Part shown: positions 58,622 through 64,000 of the stretch, in pieces | Layout: each line of letters begins with the position of its first letter | Position numbering within the stretch: position 1 is the first letter of the stretch | IMG/VR virus record: IMGVR_UViG_3300014720_000033 | Span: 531-64,530 of that record | Origin: a virus | Lineage: Duplodnaviria; Caudoviricetes | Reading direction: 5' to 3' (one strand) | Length of the DNA: 64,000 bases | The notes under the pieces: model-generated | Told to the model about the DNA's origin: nothing | Database searches by the model: none | Seen by the model: only the letters and a program-made list of their open reading frames with translations | Made by a program: the position numbers and the translations under genes

Positions 58622-58672
58622 AACGCTCCTGTGAGATTTTAAGTATTGTACATAATTCTCACAGGAGCGTTA
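58621..58672 (-). promoter_or_regulatory. Perfect 16-bp hairpin sequestering the RBS and start codon, with promoter-like motifs in its loop
   Basis: TAACGCTCCTGTGAGA (58621-58636) and TCTCACAGGAGCGTTA (58657-58672); on the minus strand the loop contains TACAAT and ATACTTA. Confidence 0.65.
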
Positions 58673-58693
58673 ATCTGTTATTGAGCGTTATCT

Positions 58694-60298
58694 TCAGTCT
58701 CTGACGTATGGAACGACGCAGATGACGTCACCCTGCTTGAGACCGAACTCAAAGCGGAGAGTGTGTGGGTCGGCGTCCTTGTAGTAGTCGTTGTCGGTGT
58801 CGTAGGCGCCGCCGCCTTGAAGAAGCTGACCATTGAGGTAAACGTCATAGTCAGTTGTGAAACTGCCGCTCGCCATTTGAGGAAGAACAGTACTGAGATT
58901 ATGCCCTGTGAAGCCATCCCTGCTTCCTGAGACTGCGGCGTTTGCAGTAACATTGGACTCGACCGTCGCGTAGACCTTGTCGCGGCGCTTCGACTGGTAG
59001 ATCGCCTTAAGGAGTGAAACTTCTCCGAACGAACCAGAGAACGTTGTCCACTCAAGTGCTGTGTCGGAAAGCTTGATTCCGTTTGCCTCTGTCCATGTTG
59101 ATGCTGCTTGATTTCCGTCGTCAAAGAACATCTCACGGGCGCCGAGGAGGATGAGGTCGTTGCCCGCGAGTGTCTCTATGACTCCTGCATTGACGCCGAG
59201 CTTGATGTCTGTTGTCGTCTCGGCAACTGTGATACCCTTGTCGAAGACGTTTAACCCGGCTTTGACTTGGAATGTGTCAACATCTTGATCAACAAGAACA
59301 GTCGATGTTCCAGTTTCAGCACCTTCTGTAATCTTGAAGAGTGTTGCGCTATCTTTATCACCGATCTCCCAGGAATAAGTTCCGCCGAGATTGAGCTCCG
59401 CGTTACTGTTGATCGTGAAAGCTGTCTCTCCCTGGTTGTCGTATCCGCTCTTACGAGAAGTAGAAGTTGTCGATGGAACGTCGATCTCTGCACCGCGGAG
59501 GAAGTCCTGCTCGCTGAGGTCCTTGAGTGCCTTCCTGACGGGCAGGATGTAGTTGATGACTTGACCTGCGATTGCGGCAGGAGCACATGCCTCGAGGTTG
59601 TCGCCGGCGGCGTTGACCGTGACGAAAGAGATCTGAGCGCGGTTAGGAGAAGAGCCTCCCAAATAACCGCCGCCGCTGTCCGCCACTTCAGTCTGGAAGA
59701 GACCGTAGATGACGTTGCTGCCGGAGAGAATTGGATCTCTGTTGGATCCAGAGACGAGGGCCACGAGGTTCTTCGGGCTGATATCAGTGGCGCCTGCGAC
59801 CTCGTTCAGAGAGTGTGCATCGATGCTGGCTACGTGTGCGGCGACAGATCCTGTGTGCTCCGTAATACCGACTGCCACGCTGCGAGCAATCGCATTTGAA
59901 GAAGGAAGCTTGTCGGCTGCGAGGACGACCCAGTTCTGTGCAGCGGGGACTGTCACGTCCTCAAGGCTGACGAAGCTGGTGAGGACTCTCTTACGTTCGA
60001 GGGCGTGGAGGTCGCTGTTCAGCGTGGAGACGCCGCGCTTCTTGGAGACGTTGTCTATGCTGAAGCTAGAGGGTGCAACGATAGAGTTGTACCACTTTCC
60101 GCCCGCGCGGATGTCGCCTGCTCCTGAGCCATCAGCGTTGAGTATCCTGTTCACCTGTGTGCGTAGATAGTTGAGATCTTGCTCGAGATCAACAGTGTTA
60201 ATCTCCCACGTGGCCTCGGAGTGATCTGTGTCGACAGCATCATTGTATGTATCTGATTTTGAGATCTGATCGCTTTGCCTAATAAAAGTACGTGCCAT
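58694..60298 (-). CDS. Virion structural protein (unknown)
   Basis: 534 aa, acidic and beta-rich; C-terminal DVYLNGQLL..DY module; AGGAG and ATAATTA upstream. Confidence 0.65.
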   Translation of the reverse strand: MARTFIRQSDQISKSDTYNDAVDTDHSEATWEINTVDLEQDLNYLRTQVNRILNADGSGAGDIRAGGKWYNSIVAPSSFSIDNVSKKRGVSTLNSDLHALERKRVLTSFVSLEDVTVPAAQNWVVLAADKLPSSNAIARSVAVGITEHTGSVAAHVASIDAHSLNEVAGATDISPKNLVALVSGSNRDPILSGSNVIYGLFQTEVADSGGGYLGGSSPNRAQISFVTVNAAGDNLEACAPAAIAGQVINYILPVRKALKDLSEQDFLRGAEIDVPSTTSTSRKSGYDNQGETAFTINSNAELNLGGTYSWEIGDKDSATLFKITEGAETGTSTVLVDQDVDTFQVKAGLNVFDKGITVAETTTDIKLGVNAGVIETLAGNDLILLGAREMFFDDGNQAASTWTEANGIKLSDTALEWTTFSGSFGEVSLLKAIYQSKRRDKVYATVESNVTANAAVSGSRDGFTGHNLSTVLPQMASGSFTTDYDVYLNGQLLQGGGAYDTDNDYYKDADPHTLRFEFGLKQGDVICVVPYVRD

Positions 60299-60371
60299 GG
60301 CTTTCTCCTGAGTTTACGACTCGTGCTTAATTATTAAGACAACGGGAATTTAAAGAATAATTGTTGATGAT

Positions 60372-61550
60372 TTAGTAAGGATACGTCGTCAACAAAGAAG
60401 AACCAATCGGTGGGATGAAGTACAACGTTATCGTGTTCGTAACGATGTCGAATTCATAGTCGGCACCTGGGCCTTGCCGCTGAAGGACACCGTTGACGAA
60501 CAACATGAGTGCCTCTTTCGGACTCGGCGTGTTTGAGATTGTGAAGGAGTAGTTTACTCCGTTCGTGAGACCCACAGGAACTTCTGCCCATTGTGTCGAA
60601 GTTGGAAGATAGTACACATAGGGATAAGTTGCCATGAGGTGTGAGCCGTCCGGCGGCGCATAGTTCATGACTATCCGCTTATCACCTATCGTGTAGTCGA
60701 AAGATGCACCTTGGCGTTGGAGGACGCCGTTGACGTAGAGCTGAAGTGCCGTTGAAGGCTCAGGCTTCTCGGCAAGATCAAACAACATGTTTACTGAGTT
60801 CACATCTCCTGTAGGAACTTCCATCCAGGATGTCTCAAGGAGGACGTTCGTCGCGTATGTTGTTCCTCCTCCTCCTCCTGCTCCGATCACTTCGCTAGAC
60901 ATCTTGCCGATGTAGGCGAAGGCACGAGCGAACTTTGGAACGACAGACGAATTGTAGTCCTGGACGAAGAGGATGCCGTTGTAGTAGTCGACGCTCCAGT
61001 CGACGTCGTCGAGGAGGGGTATCTCTGCTCCAAGACCTCCGGCGCCGTCGTCCTTGTAAATTTTGACAATGTAAGGATTCGGTGCTGTTCCAAAGAACGG
61101 AGGAACAAGTTGAACTGTTCCGAGAGTCTCGTGGATGATCTTGGCGTTGTTGAAAGATCCGTTGCCTGCCCTGGGATTAGAGGTCAGTGTCTGATAGTTC
61201 GACGGTAGTCTGAATGCGTAACCGTGCGTGCCAGCTTCCTGAGACGACTCTCCTGCATCGCTGCCGCTTCCGCCGCCCAAATCATTCGCATCGTATGCAG
61301 TTCCGTCTATTGGCTCTAAGACGAACTGTATGTACTCGACGGTGTTTGCAGATCCGAGGGCACCTTGCAGCTGATAAAGATTACGAGCAGGTGAAGTCGG
61401 AATAGGCTCGCCGAAGACCAGGCCCGTGGAGGTCTGAATGTTCGAACCGATGACCTCCTCACCGTCAAGTTTCTTGTTGGACGTGTGAGCTTTTCCCAGG
61501 AGCTTCTTCTGGGAGAAAAGGCTTATTGTGGTATCTGTCTTTAGTGCCAT
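60372..61550 (-). CDS. Virion structural protein with two C-terminal VNGVLQRQG..DY repeats
   Basis: Duplicated W.EVP.G..N.VN..F...P.P..AL.L.VNGVLQRQG...DY...PP.GS.L..TYPY unit. Confidence 0.65.
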   Translation of the reverse strand: MALKTDTTISLFSQKKLLGKAHTSNKKLDGEEVIGSNIQTSTGLVFGEPIPTSPARNLYQLQGALGSANTVEYIQFVLEPIDGTAYDANDLGGGSGSDAGESSQEAGTHGYAFRLPSNYQTLTSNPRAGNGSFNNAKIIHETLGTVQLVPPFFGTAPNPYIVKIYKDDGAGGLGAEIPLLDDVDWSVDYYNGILFVQDYNSSVVPKFARAFAYIGKMSSEVIGAGGGGGTTYATNVLLETSWMEVPTGDVNSVNMLFDLAEKPEPSTALQLYVNGVLQRQGASFDYTIGDKRIVMNYAPPDGSHLMATYPYVYYLPTSTQWAEVPVGLTNGVNYSFTISNTPSPKEALMLFVNGVLQRQGPGADYEFDIVTNTITLYFIPPIGSSLLTTYPY

Positions 61551-61554
61551 TTCT

Positions 61555-64000
61555 TTAACCGCCCCAGACTATCACAATTCTATCCAAATAACCCGTCCAG
61601 TCCTTGGAGGCAGTTATTCTCAACACTATTCTCTCAGGAGAACCTGTGACCGAAGCAGTTCCCCTGGCCGCTGCGCCGTTGAAAGTGAACAAGTTGTTGA
61701 CACCAGAAGAAGTCACATTAGAGCTGAATGTTCCGACGAGAGCTCCATCGTCTTCATTGAAGTTAGAATCGCCTTGAGTAGGTGATCCAGAGTCGAGAAG
61801 ACCACACTTGCCCGGTATGCCCACGTGGACCCATATGTTCTTATTTGCGCTTAGAGCTCCTGCATTAGGACCGGTCTTTGCCTTCCACACTGCGTCGCCA
61901 TAGAGGTATATTCTTATCCTATTTGCGTCTCCTGAAGTGTTGTTCAAGAAGGTCCTGTAGTAATTCCTCGTAGAGTTGGTTAGAGATGCATAGTTGACGT
62001 TTCCTGCAGGCGATTCTATGGAACCTCCCTCCTTGTGGTTCCTAAAGTCTCCGCTCTCTCCTCCCTTTGTGGGCGACACGAGGTAGGTGTCGTATACCAG
62101 GAGACCTGTAGCATGTTCAGGATAGTTGGACTGGTCGTTCATGCTTCTCTGAGAATTCCAGGTCCTCGTTCCATTGGTCAATACAGACTGAGTCGTAGAA
62201 GAATTATATGTGGCCTCTATTACCCTGTAAGCCTCTCCTGTGAATTCTTCAGCAGTATTTGCATTGCTGGTGTCTGAAGGTGACCAGACGAGGAGCTTGG
62301 TCGTAGTCTGAGTAGGAGTCGTCAGAGAAGATTTGTACGGGTGTTGAAATGTCATCGCGCCGGCGCACCCATGCGCAGTAGTCCACGTGCCCGGCAAAGA
62401 TTTCGCGAGCGTGAAGTTGATCGTTCCTGTGACGTGGAGGACTTCGTTCTGACTGTCAGTCGACGTGTTTAGCGTCTGCAGACTTGCAGCTGCTCCGTTT
62501 GTGGTCTTCGTCGAAGTTATTCCGGCGCCCGACTGAACGATGCTTGCAGCAGTCGCGTTGCTCAAAGACGAGAATGAGACGGCCGAAGCACTGTCGGTGT
62601 AGACGTTCCTATAGATGTTTGAGACTCTCGTGAAGATGCTTCCTGATGGTGAGTTGAAATACTTGACGCCACTCAAGTAGGAGAAAGAGTCGTCTCCAAA
62701 GATGCTCATCGCATTGCCCGCAGAAGAAAGAGCATTGCCTTCAGGCGCGTTGATCCACTCGACGTAGTTGGTGACTCTATCCACTCCTCCTATCGCATGA
62801 ACCACTCTCAAGTAGTTCCAACCGTCTCTCTGGTCCGCAGGAGTCACTCTGTATCTTGCAGTCCTCTGTCTCTCTGAGTACCTGGGGACACCGTTGTCAA
62901 AAAGACCAGGACTCCACGTGCTCACGCTTATGAAGCCGGATGAATTGGCATTGAGACTGGAAGCGGTACCTGCACCAGGTGCCCCTGTTCCCGTGAACGA
63001 TGAGAGGTCAAGAGTCTGTATTGTAGATCCGTTGACTTCGAGTCTTAGCGTGCCTGTGTCAGCGTCAGAGAAAGCGTTGTTGACGTGATCGTTCCCAGGA
63101 GACACAACAGACTCGTTGAGGTCTCCTTCGATGTTGACCACCGTCGAGAAGACTCCTCTCCTGAGATTGTTCCCAGAAGTTCCCACTCCGTAGGATTCAT
63201 TTAGGTCGACGGCTGAGAAGCCAGCTGTCGTAAAAGAATTCGTGTAGCCCGTTATAGACTTTGAAGAGCCGAAAGAAAGTCTTGCAGTGATGCCAGCGGC
63301 GTCGCAGTCTATGTTGTCGAGGTCCGGCACCGGCTCCAGCGTTCCTATGCCTGCGCCAATATTAACAGTGATCAGAGAGACGTTTCCTGTCCACGAAGAG
63401 TCGGCTTCAATTTTCAGGACAATGTATTCGTTGTTGGCTATGGAGAGATTTCCAAGATTTAAAAAATTGATCGCGGGGAGCGTGTTGTCGAAAGACAGGA
63501 TGCCGTTGCTCGTGTGAAGACCTGCATTGTCTGTGTAAGCTGCTCCGAAGACGTAGGGAAGAGCGACGTCCATCCAGCCTGTCTTTTCAGGTATCTTCAC
63601 ATAGACTCTCAAGTTACCGCTTCCAAGAGCCATGGAGTTAGGTACTATCGTGGAGGAGCCATTCATTGAGAGAGACAAATCATACTGCGAAGAGCCCGTC
63701 GTGTTTCGGAACCACCTGTAGAAAGTCCTCTTGCCTGTGACACTGGAGTAGTCAGGGTTGCCCGTGGGGGCGTTAGAGAGCGAAGAGAAGTCTCCCCCGG
63801 CGAGAGTGTTCTTAGGAGACAGCAATTGTTGATTGAAGAACTGTAGACCGTCTGAATAACCCTGAGCGGCGAGCATGTGGACGCTAGAGTCCCAAATGTT
63901 TGCGGGGTCGGTGACGTCCGACTGAGCGTCGTATGAACCAGAGAGCAGTCTGTAATTTTCGGCCCTAAAAGTCTCAATCAAACTGGTAGAGGTATTTGCC
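61555..64000 (-). CDS. Large Ser/Thr/Asn-rich structural protein, 5' end beyond the window
   Basis: The frame stays open upstream of the track start at 63981 (ANTSTSLIETF...). Internal duplication: E.F..E.YR ... P.GNPDY/NY....R.FYR.F.N occurs twice. Confidence 0.7.
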   Translation of the reverse strand, partial: ANTSTSLIETFRAENYRLLSGSYDAQSDVTDPANIWDSSVHMLAAQGYSDGLQFFNQQLLSPKNTLAGGDFSSLSNAPTGNPDYSSVTGKRTFYRWFRNTTGSSQYDLSLSMNGSSTIVPNSMALGSGNLRVYVKIPEKTGWMDVALPYVFGAAYTDNAGLHTSNGILSFDNTLPAINFLNLGNLSIANNEYIVLKIEADSSWTGNVSLITVNIGAGIGTLEPVPDLDNIDCDAAGITARLSFGSSKSITGYTNSFTTAGFSAVDLNESYGVGTSGNNLRRGVFSTVVNIEGDLNESVVSPGNDHVNNAFSDADTGTLRLEVNGSTIQTLDLSSFTGTGAPGAGTASSLNANSSGFISVSTWSPGLFDNGVPRYSERQRTARYRVTPADQRDGWNYLRVVHAIGGVDRVTNYVEWINAPEGNALSSAGNAMSIFGDDSFSYLSGVKYFNSPSGSIFTRVSNIYRNVYTDSASAVSFSSLSNATAASIVQSGAGITSTKTTNGAAASLQTLNTSTDSQNEVLHVTGTINFTLAKSLPGTWTTAHGCAGAMTFQHPYKSSLTTPTQTTTKLLVWSPSDTSNANTAEEFTGEAYRVIEATYNSSTTQSVLTNGTRTWNSQRSMNDQSNYPEHATGLLVYDTYLVSPTKGGESGDFRNHKEGGSIESPAGNVNYASLTNSTRNYYRTFLNNTSGDANRIRIYLYGDAVWKAKTGPNAGALSANKNIWVHVGIPGKCGLLDSGSPTQGDSNFNEDDGALVGTFSSNVTSSGVNNLFTFNGAAARGTASVTGSPERIVLRITASKDWTGYLDRIVIVWGG

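Noticed and set aside
1-64000. tRNA, rRNA, integrase or transposase genes
   Set aside because: Intergenic gaps are short and none showed a cloverleaf or recognisable motifs by eye; a tRNAscan-SE or Infernal run would be needed to exclude them formally.

Overview
The window is a segment of a large tailed-phage (myovirus, distantly T4-like) genome using the standard genetic code, with most genes on the minus strand. Left end (1-5.2 kb): a replication/recombination block containing recA/uvsX interrupted by a group I intron that carries a Vsr/EDxHD-like homing endonuclease, a gp32-like SSB, an HD hydrolase and an unusually small family-A DNA polymerase. 5.2-31.5 kb: a contractile-tail and neck module with putative baseplate proteins (one split by an in-frame TAA), tape measure, a tail-chaperone pair with a likely +1 frameshift, tail tube, two tandem ~1,000-aa sheath paralogues and gp15/gp14/gp13-like proteins. 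31.5-39.4 kb: a plus-strand island of ten translationally coupled single-domain LamG/ConA-like lectin genes with conserved ends and divergent cores, followed by a patatin-like lipase. 39.4-64 kb: a large set of Gly/Ser/Thr-rich fibre genes built from shared modules, three tandem tip+chaperone cassettes and other structural genes. A recurring ATAnTTA motif precedes many genes (probable phage late promoter, often 5-7 nt before the ATG). No tRNA, rRNA, CRISPR array, integrase or reverse transcriptase was seen. All product calls come from motif recognition by eye, not database searches.
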